A program made the position numbers and the translations under genes. The notes under the pieces are model-generated. The model saw only the letters and a program-made list of their open reading frames with translations. It ran no database searches and had not been told where the DNA came from. 64,000 nucleotides of DNA from Thermodesulfovibrionales bacterium (GTDB lineage: Bacteria > Nitrospirota > Thermodesulfovibrionia > Thermodesulfovibrionales > SM23-35): NCBI GenBank assembly GCA_049302065.1, contig JBAQLU010000126.1, positions 7,475-71,474 of the forward strand, given 5' to 3'. How positions within the stretch are numbered: position 1 is the first letter of the stretch; the number at the start of each line of letters is the position of its first letter. This document shows, piece after piece, positions 47,629 to 57,739 of this stretch.

Positions 47629-48104
47629 TCCCCCTTCATGCCTCCCTCTTCTTCCTCTCTCTCTTTATCAAACTCAAGCATCTTCATGTGGCTTTCGACC
47701 ATCCTCTTTATCTCTTCCTTGAAATGGCGTCTTATCCCTTTGAGGTCAACGATATCCTCATGGATCTTTATAACTTTCTCCTGTGCTTCTTTAAGGAGAG
47801 AGTCTGCTTTTAATTCTGCCTCTCTCACAACAAGTTCTGCTTCTTTCCGTGCGTTTGTCTTATAGTCCTCGACCAGTTGCTGGGCAGTCAGGAGGGTCTC
47901 TCTCAATGTGGTTTCCATGTCCCTGTACTCTTTTATCTGATTCTCCAGCCTCTGTACATTTTCCTTGAGGGATGCATTCTCCCTGAGCAGGTCCTCCATC
48001 TCTTCCCTGATTATCTCAAGAAATCCATAGACCTCTTCAATATCGAACCCCCTGAATTTCATGGGGAACTGTTTCTGCTGGATGTCAAGCGGCGTAATCC
48101 TCAT
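47625..48104 (-). CDS. divIVA: DivIVA domain protein
   Basis: 159 aa. ITPLDIQQKQFPMKFRGFDIEEV followed by a coiled coil. Confidence 0.85.
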   Translation of the reverse strand: MRITPLDIQQKQFPMKFRGFDIEEVYGFLEIIREEMEDLLRENASLKENVQRLENQIKEYRDMETTLRETLLTAQQLVEDYKTNARKEAELVVREAELKADSLLKEAQEKVIKIHEDIVDLKGIRRHFKEEIKRMVESHMKMLEFDKEREEEEGGMKGE

Positions 48105-48415
48105 AATATGGCGCCTCCTTTCAATTTATAGGCAAACTCTATTAAAGACTGTATAAGGAAATACTTTACAAACAATATGGCAAGTATTACAACCATGGGT
48201 GAGATATCAATAACTCCCAGCCTGAACCCTATAATCCCTCTGATCCGCCTGAATACCGGTTCTGTGGCAGTATGAAGGAATCTGACTATCGGATTATACG
48301 GGTCAGGGTTCACCCAGCTTATTAAAGCTGAAACGATTACTATCCACATATAAGCGGTAAGCAATATGTCAAGTATATTAGCTGCTGCAAGTAAAAGATT
48401 TGCAAAGATGAACAT
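48101..48415 (-). CDS. yggT: YggT-family membrane protein
   Basis: 104 aa with a two-TM pattern. Conserved proC-yggT-divIVA neighbourhood. Confidence 0.8.
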   Translation of the reverse strand: MFIFANLLLAAANILDILLTAYMWIVIVSALISWVNPDPYNPIVRFLHTATEPVFRRIRGIIGFRLGVIDISPMVVILAILFVKYFLIQSLIEFAYKLKGGAIL

Positions 48416-49203
48416 TATTCTTTTTTCCCCAATTCTTTTGATCTGTTTGCTGCTGCTTCAATAACAGCATTGATAATATTTGAAAAACCTTTTTCTTCAA
48501 ATATCTTAAGCCCTGCTGCTGTGGTGCCTCCCGGGGAGGTGACCATTTCCCTGAGCTTGTCAGGCGGTATGCCGCTTTCAAGGAGTTTCGCAGTGCCTAT
48601 TAATGTCTGTATCGCAAGTTCAGAGGCATTATACCGTGTTAATCCCGCCTGAATACCTGAGTCTATCATTTTTTCTACAAATAACGCTATGAATGCAGGC
48701 CCGCTTCCGGACAGCGCAGTTACAGCATCCATATATTTTTCAGGGAGTACCATGACTTTCCCGATAGACATGAAAATATCCCTTACTAACCCCATCTCTT
48801 TATCATGGATACATTCGCACATGGACAGGACAGACATCCCTTCCTGTACCAGAGCAGGTGTATTCGGCATTACACGTATTATCTTTGAGGTCTTCAGCCT
48901 CGATGAGAGATACGAAAGTGTTATGCCTGCAGCTATTGATACGACTATTTTGTCGTTCGATATATAGTCCCCAATCTCTCCGGTAACATCATCCATATTC
49001 TGCGGCTTAACAGCAAGGATTATGATATTGCAATTTTTTGCAATTTCTCTGTTGTCTGATGTGGTTTTTACATCGTATGTCTTTTCGAGATATGCACGCC
49101 TCTCAGCCCTTGGTTCAGAGGTCATTATATCCTTCTTCCCGCTCTGCCTTATTCCCTTGATCATAGCCTCTGCCATATTCCCACCGCCGATGAATCCGAT
49201 CAT
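48415..49203 (-). CDS. proC: pyrroline-5-carboxylate reductase
   Basis: IGFIGGGNMAEAMIKG. AAGGAGA lies 8 nt before ATG 49203. The track ORF extends to 49224 and would overlap yggS. Confidence 0.9.
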   Translation of the reverse strand: MIGFIGGGNMAEAMIKGIRQSGKKDIMTSEPRAERRAYLEKTYDVKTTSDNREIAKNCNIIILAVKPQNMDDVTGEIGDYISNDKIVVSIAAGITLSYLSSRLKTSKIIRVMPNTPALVQEGMSVLSMCECIHDKEMGLVRDIFMSIGKVMVLPEKYMDAVTALSGSGPAFIALFVEKMIDSGIQAGLTRYNASELAIQTLIGTAKLLESGIPPDKLREMVTSPGGTTAAGLKIFEEKGFSNIINAVIEAAANRSKELGKKE

Positions 49204-49207
49204 TAAC

Positions 49208-49942
49208 TCATCTCCTTTCTCCAAATATCCCTGTGCCGATCCTTACCATTGTAGCGCCTTCGAGGATAGCTGTTTCATAGTCGTTTGTCATGCCCATAGA
49301 GAGTTCCGGCAGTCTATATCCTTTACTTTCCGCCTGATCTCTCAATTCCCTTAACTTTTTGAAGTACGGCCTTGCCATCTCAGGGTTATCAGAAAACGGA
49401 GGTATGGTCATCAGGCCTTCGAGTTTAAGGCTTTTCATTTCTGAAATGACTTTTATTAAATCCATAAGGGTTTCTTTTGCAACCCCGTATTTTGACTCTT
49501 CTTCTGATAGTTTTACCTCTATTAAAACCCTCTGTATTTTACCTGCTTTTTCAGAGTGTTTGTTTAACTCTTTTGCAAGTTCGATCGAATCGAGTGACTG
49601 AATCAGGTCGAATAGCTGTACGGCAATCTTTGCCTTGTTTTTCTGGAGATGCCCGATCATATGCCATTCTATATCACAGTCTGCACACTGCGCGCTGCAG
49701 TCTGCAATTTTCTTCTGAGCTTCCTGCACCCTGCTTTCCCCCAGCGCCCTCAGCCCAAAAGATACCGCCTCCTTTATCATTTCGATGTCGACGGTTTTTG
49801 TGACTGCGATGAGTTTTACATCAAAAGGAATTCTGCCTGACCTAATAGCAGCAGATGAGATTTTTCGATAAATATTTTTGATGTTCTCAAGAATTACAGA
49901 GTTAATTGTTCCGATCTTAATGTCTTTCATGCTATAAGTCAA
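49208..49942 (-). CDS. yggS: YggS-family pyridoxal-phosphate homeostasis protein
   Basis: 244 aa. LIAVTKT, GESRVQEA, WHMIGHLQKNK, and MGMTNDY. Confidence 0.85.
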   Translation of the reverse strand: MTYSMKDIKIGTINSVILENIKNIYRKISSAAIRSGRIPFDVKLIAVTKTVDIEMIKEAVSFGLRALGESRVQEAQKKIADCSAQCADCDIEWHMIGHLQKNKAKIAVQLFDLIQSLDSIELAKELNKHSEKAGKIQRVLIEVKLSEEESKYGVAKETLMDLIKVISEMKSLKLEGLMTIPPFSDNPEMARPYFKKLRELRDQAESKGYRLPELSMGMTNDYETAILEGATMVRIGTGIFGERR

Positions 49943-50124
49943 ATTTAATGAAATAATATAGTATCACAGGGTCTTAACTATTTCATCAAGTGGAAGCCCT
50001 CTGATCTGGGTTGATGCCTTTAGTTGACAGATATTCCCGGAAGGAAAACGGCAGTATCTCTATGATCCATGATCGTCCGCGGCATGGACGATCTCTTTCA
50101 AAGTGGTTTTTGTAACCATGCTTA

Positions 50125-50180
50125 TTATCCTTCTAATAAGGATAAATAATCATATAATTGTCCTTATTGCAAGGACAATT
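50125..50180. promoter_or_regulatory. two palindromes sharing a TCCTT-N5-AAGGA core (possible operators)
   Basis: TTATCCTTctaatAAGGATAA (50125-50145) and AATTGTCCTTattgcAAGGACAATT (50156-50180). Centres are about 33 bp apart. Confidence 0.3.
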
Positions 50181-50610
50181 AATCTTGAGTCGTTCAAAAT
50201 CTGATTTACAGACACTGTCGAGCTTTCGACTATCCCGCAGGACAACGGCAAATTTCACCCTGCGAGATTGACCAGTGAATTGTTGACTTTACCGGATTAT
50301 CAAATTTCAGGAGTTTCAAAATATTCTCAGCTGCTTCATCAAAGCCAGCGCAGGAGATGGGCTCAATAGAGTGCGACTAACACAAGCAGAGAATTTCAAT
50401 AGTTCTGAAATCTTATTTAATCCTTCATGAAGTCCACATGACCTTTCATCTTGATTTGTTGTGAAGTACTATTCGAACTACTACTGTTTATCGAGGCTCA
50501 CAGAGGTGCGAAGTTCAGGGAGAAAGTGTTCCACTCATAACTACTTAATGGGAAAGAAGACACTTTTTTCGACTTTAAGTAAAATTATAGTATAGTTGAA
50601 TATAGCTTTT

Positions 50611-51494
50611 TCACATTGCTTTCTCTATTAAAATGGAGCATTCAGAACGACTCAAGAGGTATCGAGATACACTCCCTAACATTCCTTTCAATCCTTTCAT
50701 ACCCTTGCTTCCGACGACAATAATATCCGTTTTAAACGATTTGGCAGCATTCATAATTTCAATTAAAGGATCTCCTTCCTTCGTTACTGTATTGATCTTT
50801 GAGAATCTGATACTGAGCAATTCATAAGCTTGTTTAAGGAATTTTTCAGATTCATTGATTTGATATGATCTGATCTCAGTAGCAACTTCTCTTATTTTCT
50901 TATCTATTTCTATATGAAACTTCTTAGGTATATCCAGAACGGACTGTATAACATGAAAGATTGTTATTTCAGTATTACTTCCGAATGGCATCACTGTCAG
51001 AAGTCTTCCTGCCTCCTCAGCATATTGAGATCCATCTGTTGCAAAGAGGATTCTTAAATTATCTGATAAAGACCATTGAGGAGGTTTTACAACCAGTACA
51101 GGCTTTGAAGAATTGATCACTACCGACCTCGCAACACTTCCCAAAAGGACTGCTTTGATACCTTTGAATCCCCCCGACCCGATAACAATCAAGTCTGTAT
51201 TTAAATCTTTTGCTGACTCAATAATGCCTTTGTCTGGATAACCATTAATTATTGATGTGCTGATTTTTATATTACTGGGTTTCAGAAGATTTACGGTTGA
51301 TTCAAGAATTTTCGAAGCGATATCCTGTTTTATACGTTTAAATTCTGAGTAGTAGGTTTCTCCTGCACCTTCAAGAGGCATGCTTATAACGTGTAGAATA
51401 GCGATTTCATCGCCTAAAGACAATTAAGATTTTTTAGGAATTCAGCTGCTCGATCTGAGTATTCTGAGCCATCTGTGGCAAGTAATATTTTCAT
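50611..51494 (-). pseudogene. tandem universal stress protein (UspA x2) interrupted by a frameshift near 51415-51425
   Basis: The track ORF 50611-51423 starts with TTG right after an in-frame TAA. A different frame upstream reads MKILLATDGSEYSDRAAEFLKNLNCL* from ATG 51494, the canonical Usp N-terminus. The shift lies next to an A-run. Confidence 0.6.
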
Positions 51495-51837
51495 ATATCT
51501 TTTCCCTAAATATTAAACAAGGATACCATATTAAGCTGCGAAATTGACATAACAAGTAAACTATTTGTTTTTCCATATTATTAAAAATATTATGATACTT
51601 CATTTTATTGATTTGATACCGCTAATGTTTCATTGCTGGGTAATATTTCTTAATCAACATTACAGGAAAAAGGTGATATCAGCAAAATTTTTCGGGAATC
51701 CCTCTTTCTATGTGCTCTTGCTCTCTACCGGGGCTCTAAGAGACATTTGTTTCAGCTTATCGTTAAATTGCCGTAAGGCTTTTCAGGGGTAGATTTCATG
51801 GAGTATTTGTGAAGTTAGAAAACGTTCTTTAACTTTA

Positions 51838-52551
51838 CTAAGGTTTATGACGTTGCTGTAAAATTGTTTTAGCATACTGAACTAATTTTGCAGGAGATGT
51901 TCCCCTTTTAGGGAGAAATCCATCTGCTCCAGCATTCATAACCTTCTCTTTCACATCTTGCGTGTCATGTGCAGAACATACGATTACTGGAAGCTCTTTC
52001 CAGTTTGGGTTTGTCCTCATAATTGATAACACTTTTAAACCATCCATTCCTTTCATATACAAATCAAGGATTATAAGGTCAGGGTGCTGTTCTGTAAGAA
52101 ATTTTATAGCTTCTATTCCGTCACCTGCTTCTATAACACAGAACCCTTCTTTACATAGCTCACTCTTAATCGCTTGTCGTGACGTATTGTTATCCTCAAC
52201 TAACAGAATACTCTTTCCTTCTCTGTCAGATTGGGCAGGTTTTTTTGTTATGCTTTCGATTAATTCCTTAATTTTAGCTCTCTGCTCAGCGTTTAAGTCA
52301 ACCAACATAACACCCATCCCGATTCCTGGTTGACAATGCCGGACTTGTGCTTTAACCGTTAACTTACCTCCCTTAAAAGGAATAGTTATATCAATTACAC
52401 TATTATTTTCATAAGATTGCATTGCGGAAATATAAAGACCAATTTCGCTTATATCCATACTCGTACACATTCTTGTGCCGTCTATCAGGATGTCTTCTCT
52501 AAAAAGGAATCTTTCGTATTTCCTGTGTTCTTTTTTATCTTCATTATTCAT
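51838..52551 (-). CDS. PilZ domain + response-regulator receiver protein
   Basis: 237 aa. RKYERF...DISEIG (PilZ RxxxR/DxSxxG) and C-terminal ILLVEDN...DLIILDLYMKGMDG...PVIVCSAH (REC). Confidence 0.8.
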   Translation of the reverse strand: MNNEDKKEHRKYERFLFREDILIDGTRMCTSMDISEIGLYISAMQSYENNSVIDITIPFKGGKLTVKAQVRHCQPGIGMGVMLVDLNAEQRAKIKELIESITKKPAQSDREGKSILLVEDNNTSRQAIKSELCKEGFCVIEAGDGIEAIKFLTEQHPDLIILDLYMKGMDGLKVLSIMRTNPNWKELPVIVCSAHDTQDVKEKVMNAGADGFLPKRGTSPAKLVQYAKTILQQRHKP

Positions 52552-52843
52552 TTCGTTAATTATACTCTGAAAATACTAAGCTGGCAATTGAGATAATTGA
52601 ATACTATTGCTTTATTGATTTTTGTTTGAAATGTTGCAGGTCAAGAATTATACATCAAACTTCCAGGAAGAAAGTGAGGGAGTATCCATAAAAAATCATG
52701 CAACTTTTATAGCATACATCTTGTCTTTATATTGGCATTTGGTATAATGAGAATATGTTTTTAGGTTTAAATTAAGAAAAGCATTGTTTTTTTTAAACAT
52801 TTTCATTTATTTGTTATGTGTTGCTTAAATATTAGGATAAAAA

Positions 52844-53818
52844 TTGCGATTTAAAGAAGGCATGGCAGGTTACTTAAAAGTTGACAAGGAATTAATTATT
52901 GTTTTTCTCCTTGTCGCTATCGCCGGCTTTATCTTCTTTTTTGTATATAATCAGCGGGCCTTTTTGAATTTTTTCTATCTGCCGGTACTTGTTGGCGCAT
53001 ATTTTTATGGCAAACGCTATGCTACTTCTTCAGCAATATTGTCAGTTATTATTATTTCTTTAATTGCATATGTTTATCCGGATACTTTTATTCATGGTCA
53101 TTTAGATAGCCAACTGAATCTTTGGTTAGATATTTTGACTTGGGGAGGCTTCCTCACTATTACAGGTTATTACATGGGACTTCTCTATGAAAAGAAGGAG
53201 AAGGCTACTAAAGAGATACGATTAACATATAGAGGCATTGTTGAGATGTTGTCGCTCGTAATAGATTCTGTAGACAAAGAGACCCAGAGTCATTCTTATA
53301 GGGTTTCTATTATTTCTGCAATGATAGCAAGAGAGATGAGATGTTCTGAAGAAGAAATAGAAAATATTAGGATTGCCGCTTTACTCCATGACATTGGCAA
53401 GATAGGCGTCAGCAGCATGATTCTTCAAAAGATTGGGAAATTGTCACCTGAAGAGCGGCAACATATGGACATCCATACAAAACATGGCGCTGAGGTGTTA
53501 CATCCAATGGGTGGGAGGGTGATGCATCTCATACCTTTCGTTTTGTATCATCATGAAAAATATGATGGAAGCGGAAGTCAGGCACTGGAAGGAGAAAATA
53601 TTCCTATGGGAGCACGGATTATAGCAGTTGCCGATGTATACGATGCTTTGATTTCAGACCGTCCATATCGCAAAGGCTTACCGCCATTACAGGCTAAAGA
53701 AGAAATTCTATCAAACTCCGGGAAACAATTTGACCCGAATGTTGTAAAAATATTCGATTCCATCTTTCCAAAAATAGACTCTGAAATTCCCTTAATTCCT
53801 GCGAGATTTGATTTTTAA
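52844..53818 (+). CDS. membrane-anchored HD-GYP domain phosphodiesterase
   Basis: 324 aa. N-terminal TM helices, HSYRV, LLHDIGKIGV, and HHEKYDGSG (HD-GYP). Confidence 0.8.
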   Translation: MRFKEGMAGYLKVDKELIIVFLLVAIAGFIFFFVYNQRAFLNFFYLPVLVGAYFYGKRYATSSAILSVIIISLIAYVYPDTFIHGHLDSQLNLWLDILTWGGFLTITGYYMGLLYEKKEKATKEIRLTYRGIVEMLSLVIDSVDKETQSHSYRVSIISAMIAREMRCSEEEIENIRIAALLHDIGKIGVSSMILQKIGKLSPEERQHMDIHTKHGAEVLHPMGGRVMHLIPFVLYHHEKYDGSGSQALEGENIPMGARIIAVADVYDALISDRPYRKGLPPLQAKEEILSNSGKQFDPNVVKIFDSIFPKIDSEIPLIPARFDF

Positions 53819-53920
53819 CTGCTTTCTATAAGATCTAATATTTTATTCTGAATATAATAGATGCGAGCTACAGTAAGTAAAATTATCTATCCCTTTGGGA
53901 GATGAAAATAGACTTCGTTC

Positions 53921-54106
53921 TCACTTACGAGATTCCCGCCATAGCATCAATGCAAGCCCTGAAGAAATTATAAAGCCAAGCACACTTAACCAAACAGGGA
54001 CAATCATGTCATTTATGGTAACTTCCCAGACAAAAAGCAACCGGAGAAGATGCATAAAAGCAATAAGTGAGAACATAATAATAGCAATGGTTGTAAATGG
54101 TTTCAT
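53921..54106 (-). CDS. small two-TM membrane protein (61 aa)
   Basis: Two clear hydrophobic helices. No other support. Confidence 0.35.
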   Translation of the reverse strand: MKPFTTIAIIMFSLIAFMHLLRLLFVWEVTINDMIVPVWLSVLGFIISSGLALMLWRESRK

Positions 54107-54290
54107 GATTCGTTCCCTCCTTTTTCATAAAGTAGTAAATATTGCCTATTTCCATTTGTAATATGCACAATTATATCAGGTCTCAGATGCGGTTACTACA
54201 AAGAAGGAAGAATTATAAGAGGTAGTCAATCCTTATAAAAGTCTCCTCTCGTACAAGATGTGAATTGTTCACGGTGAATTTGACTAAGAA

Positions 54291-56021
54291 TTATATCCCA
54301 TGGTCATTCCTGGTTTTTGCATCATAAACAACCTTGCCTCCAACAATGGTTACTTCTGCTTTGAAATCCTTTAAGTCCTGCGGTTTGATCGAATACAGGT
54401 CATGAGACCAGACAACAAGATCCGCCAGCTTTCCTTGTTCAATAGAGCCTTTTATATTTTCTTCGAAAGCTGCATAGGCAGAGCCCATGGTGTGAACTCT
54501 CAATGCTTCCCGAATAGTTAACTTCTCATTCGGGGACGGTACATACCCTGATTTTGTCCTTCTCGTAGTTGCTCCGAAAAATGCCCATTTGGGCTCGTGT
54601 GCGAGAGCAGCAGGAACATCGCATCCAAACGCCAAAGGGATACCTTTATGCAGGAAAGACCGCAATGGCATACAATTGGCCATGGATGCTTCATCTGTTG
54701 ACATCCTTAAACCGTCTGCATGCCACGAAATCCATTGTGGCTGGGTCGATATGACAACGCCGAGTTTGCTGATGCGATCAAGAGATTTTGGATCGACCCA
54801 TATTGCATGCTCTATCCTGTGACGCGGGTCTTTTCGGGGGTTCTGTTTGACGGCGTCCTCAATGGCATCCAGTGCCTCGTCAATTCCTTTGTCTCCGACA
54901 ATATGAAATGATATCTGCAACCCGGTATTGTGGAGGAGAAGTACTATCCTCTTTAAGGTCTCCGGATCATAAAAATAGTATGCGTTCCTTGCAGCCATAA
55001 GATTTTTATTGTACATAAGCACAGTGCCGGCGGCATTCCCTCCATCTACTGCAAGTTTCCAGCCGGCAAATGTCAGCATATCTGTTTTGAATCCTTTTAT
55101 CATTTCTGCATATTTTTTAGCCTGCTCCTCTGAGTTGACATACAGCTGCAGATACATGCGCATCTTGAGTTCGTTTTTATCAGCAAGCTTCTTATAAATT
55201 TTGATATCACGCGGGTTAGCGAGAATGACATCTTGTCCGCTTGTGATCCCTGCGGCCAGGCACATCTCCTGTCCCTTTTTAAGATCTGCTTCAAGATCTT
55301 TTTCTGTACGGTCTCCATAGCCGGGTGCAATTTTGCCAACCAGATTCTCAGCCGGATAATGCAGGAGTATCCCCGTTGGTTCGCCGGTAGATGGATCTTT
55401 CACGATTTTCCCCCCGTAAGGGTTTGGAGTCTTCTTATCGATACCGGCTAACTTCAGGGCTGCACTGTTTACAACAACGTACTGTCCGCTGCCATGCCTA
55501 AGGTAAACAGGGTTGTCAGGCGCGACAGAGTCCAGAACCCATCGGTTCAGCGTATCTTCCTTTTGTAAATGAAAACCCTGATTCCCGGAAATCCACGCAC
55601 CTTTGGGAAGGGTTTTTGCCTTCTGTGCAACAGCCTGGAGGAGGTCATCTCCGTCTTTAACTTTAGGGAAACGGATATCTAAATATCCATCCCAGAACTG
55701 ACGGCCGTAGTAGAGCACGTGTATGTGTGAGTCTATGATTCCTGGCGTGACAGTTTTTCCTCTCAGATCGATTACTCTTGTCCCAGGCCCAATCAGGGTA
55801 TTGATCTGTGAAGTTGTCCCGACTTTTACAATCTTGTCGCCTTTGACTGCAACAGCCTGTGCAATGGAATCTTTCGCATCAACGGTTATAACCTTGCCGT
55901 TGATGAGGACTAAATCCGCTTGAGAATCAGGGGATGCAGAAGATGTTACCTGACCGCTACTGCAAAAAAAACACAGCACAATAAAAACAAAAAACAGAAC
56001 TATATGATGACTTTTTCTCAT
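54291..56021 (-). CDS. secreted amidohydrolase (Amidohydro_3 family)
   Basis: 576 aa. Signal peptide, GIIDSHIHV metal motif, FHIVGD, and a later HA/D pattern. Confidence 0.8.
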   Translation of the reverse strand: MRKSHHIVLFFVFIVLCFFCSSGQVTSSASPDSQADLVLINGKVITVDAKDSIAQAVAVKGDKIVKVGTTSQINTLIGPGTRVIDLRGKTVTPGIIDSHIHVLYYGRQFWDGYLDIRFPKVKDGDDLLQAVAQKAKTLPKGAWISGNQGFHLQKEDTLNRWVLDSVAPDNPVYLRHGSGQYVVVNSAALKLAGIDKKTPNPYGGKIVKDPSTGEPTGILLHYPAENLVGKIAPGYGDRTEKDLEADLKKGQEMCLAAGITSGQDVILANPRDIKIYKKLADKNELKMRMYLQLYVNSEEQAKKYAEMIKGFKTDMLTFAGWKLAVDGGNAAGTVLMYNKNLMAARNAYYFYDPETLKRIVLLLHNTGLQISFHIVGDKGIDEALDAIEDAVKQNPRKDPRHRIEHAIWVDPKSLDRISKLGVVISTQPQWISWHADGLRMSTDEASMANCMPLRSFLHKGIPLAFGCDVPAALAHEPKWAFFGATTRRTKSGYVPSPNEKLTIREALRVHTMGSAYAAFEENIKGSIEQGKLADLVVWSHDLYSIKPQDLKDFKAEVTIVGGKVVYDAKTRNDHGI

Positions 56022-56107
56022 ATTTCACCTCAATGAAAGAAATTATTTGTCTACTCTAATGATATCAAAAAAAATGAAAAGATTGAAGCTGGGGCATTTA
56101 TTGTCTA

Positions 56108-57739
56108 TTATAAAGACAGGGCATCCTGATATTCATCCCATAACTTTTGTTTGGCTATACCCATATCAATAAAATCCCAGGGAAGGATTTCGCTGAATTC
56201 TTTTTTTCTGAAGATGTAAAAGTCCTTGTCAATGCCGGCTATCTCTGCTGCCTTCATCCAGTCAGGGGTTTTTGACATTTCTTCTATTACCTTTGATATG
56301 CGCCTGTCTCCAATGGAGAATAACCCCTGCATATATGCATACTTTGGAACATCGTGAAATACCTTGATGCCTTTTACGTGTGAAAGACCCTTTTTAATTA
56401 TCATGAACCTCTCTTTCACTACAGCGGGAGTCTCCATTGGGTGCCACTGAAATGGCGTGAATGGTTTTGGGACAAAGGTGCTGATGCTGAGGGTAATATA
56501 TCTTTTTGCTGAAACAGTCCTTATTTTATTAACAAGATTTATTATCCCCTCAATATCTTCTCCTGTTTCTGTTGGCAGGCCGACCATGAAATAAAGTCTC
56601 AGGGTTTCGATGCCAGCAGCAAAAAGTAGTTCCGAAGTATACAGGATATCCTCCTCTGTAATCCTTTTATTGATGACCTTCCTCATACGTTCTGTCCCGG
56701 CTTCCGGTGCGATCGAAACGCTTTTATGACCTTTCATCAAATTCACCAGTTCAGCGCTCTTTGTGCTTGCCCTCAGTGATGTAATCGAAAAATCAACTCC
56801 AGGTATATTCAGAACGTCTTTGATATGCGGATAATCTGAAAGTGATGGCCCGATAAGGCCGATTCTCTTTGTAGTAGTTATTGCTGCCTGAATCTCATTT
56901 TCGATTGCCTTTAATTCTTTCTTTCTCGGAGGGTTGTATATCTTGCCTGCAACGCAGAACCTGCAGTTCCATGGACATCCCCTCATTGCTTCTATAAGAT
57001 ACATTCCTGAAAATTCTGTTTCAGTGGTAATGATCGAGGTCCGAACTTTTGACAGTGATATGTCTTTCAGGTAACGTTTATTAATAGTCGCCGGTGCGTC
57101 CTCTAATCTTTGTCTTCCTGAAATATTTCCATCACTGTCATAAGAAACGCTGTAGAATTGAGGCAGATAAAGGCCGTCAATGGCCACAGACTTTTTAAGT
57201 ATGTCAGATTTGCCGGCAGAAGACTTATATAATTCAATAAATTCGGGAAGCATCTCATCCGCTTCACCGATAAAGCAGATATCAAAAAAGTCAGAAACTG
57301 GTTCAGGATTGAAAAAGGCAGATGCCCCGCCCATGATAACCAGAGGATGATGTGACTTTCTTTCGCGGCTTCTCAGAGGGATCTTCGACAGCTCAAATAT
57401 TCTTGCGATATTTGGATAATCATTCTCGAATGAGACTGAAAAGGCTATGATATCGAATCTGCTTAATGATCTCTTTGATTCTATCGAAAAGAGTTCAGTA
57501 TTTGTTCTTGCATATTCATGTATATCTTTATCATCGGGAATGAATGCCCTTTCGCAGACAATATCCTTCATGTTGTTCAGAAGACCATAAATCCCCTGAA
57601 AACCGAGGTTGGACATCCCGACGTGGTATGTATTCGGGTAAACAAGGGCAATAGTAATCCTTCCTCCCGGATCTTTATAAACCGTACCTTTTTCTCTGGA
57701 TAACAGGAAGTCTGCTCTTTCCCTCAGTTTCTGGCTCAC
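56108..57739 (-). CDS. B12-binding-domain radical SAM protein
   Basis: EAMRGCPWNCRFC (CxxxCxxC) and an N-terminal B12-binding-like region. The likely GTG start at 57739 forms a GTGA overlap with the upstream stop. The track ORF extends to 57775. Confidence 0.8.
   Translation of the reverse strand: MSQKLRERADFLLSREKGTVYKDPGGRITIALVYPNTYHVGMSNLGFQGIYGLLNNMKDIVCERAFIPDDKDIHEYARTNTELFSIESKRSLSRFDIIAFSVSFENDYPNIARIFELSKIPLRSRERKSHHPLVIMGGASAFFNPEPVSDFFDICFIGEADEMLPEFIELYKSSAGKSDILKKSVAIDGLYLPQFYSVSYDSDGNISGRQRLEDAPATINKRYLKDISLSKVRTSIITTETEFSGMYLIEAMRGCPWNCRFCVAGKIYNPPRKKELKAIENEIQAAITTTKRIGLIGPSLSDYPHIKDVLNIPGVDFSITSLRASTKSAELVNLMKGHKSVSIAPEAGTERMRKVINKRITEEDILYTSELLFAAGIETLRLYFMVGLPTETGEDIEGIINLVNKIRTVSAKRYITLSISTFVPKPFTPFQWHPMETPAVVKERFMIIKKGLSHVKGIKVFHDVPKYAYMQGLFSIGDRRISKVIEEMSKTPDWMKAAEIAGIDKDFYIFRKKEFSEILPWDFIDMGIAKQKLWDEYQDALSL

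Noticed and set aside
50020-50060. CCCGGAAGGAAAACGGCAG resembles the GGAA-tetraloop region of SRP (4.5S) RNA.
   Set aside because: The flanking conserved SRP helix-8 nucleotides (AGCA/GGUCC symmetric-loop context) and a long closing helix are absent. The stretch overlaps an ATPase-like pseudogene frame.
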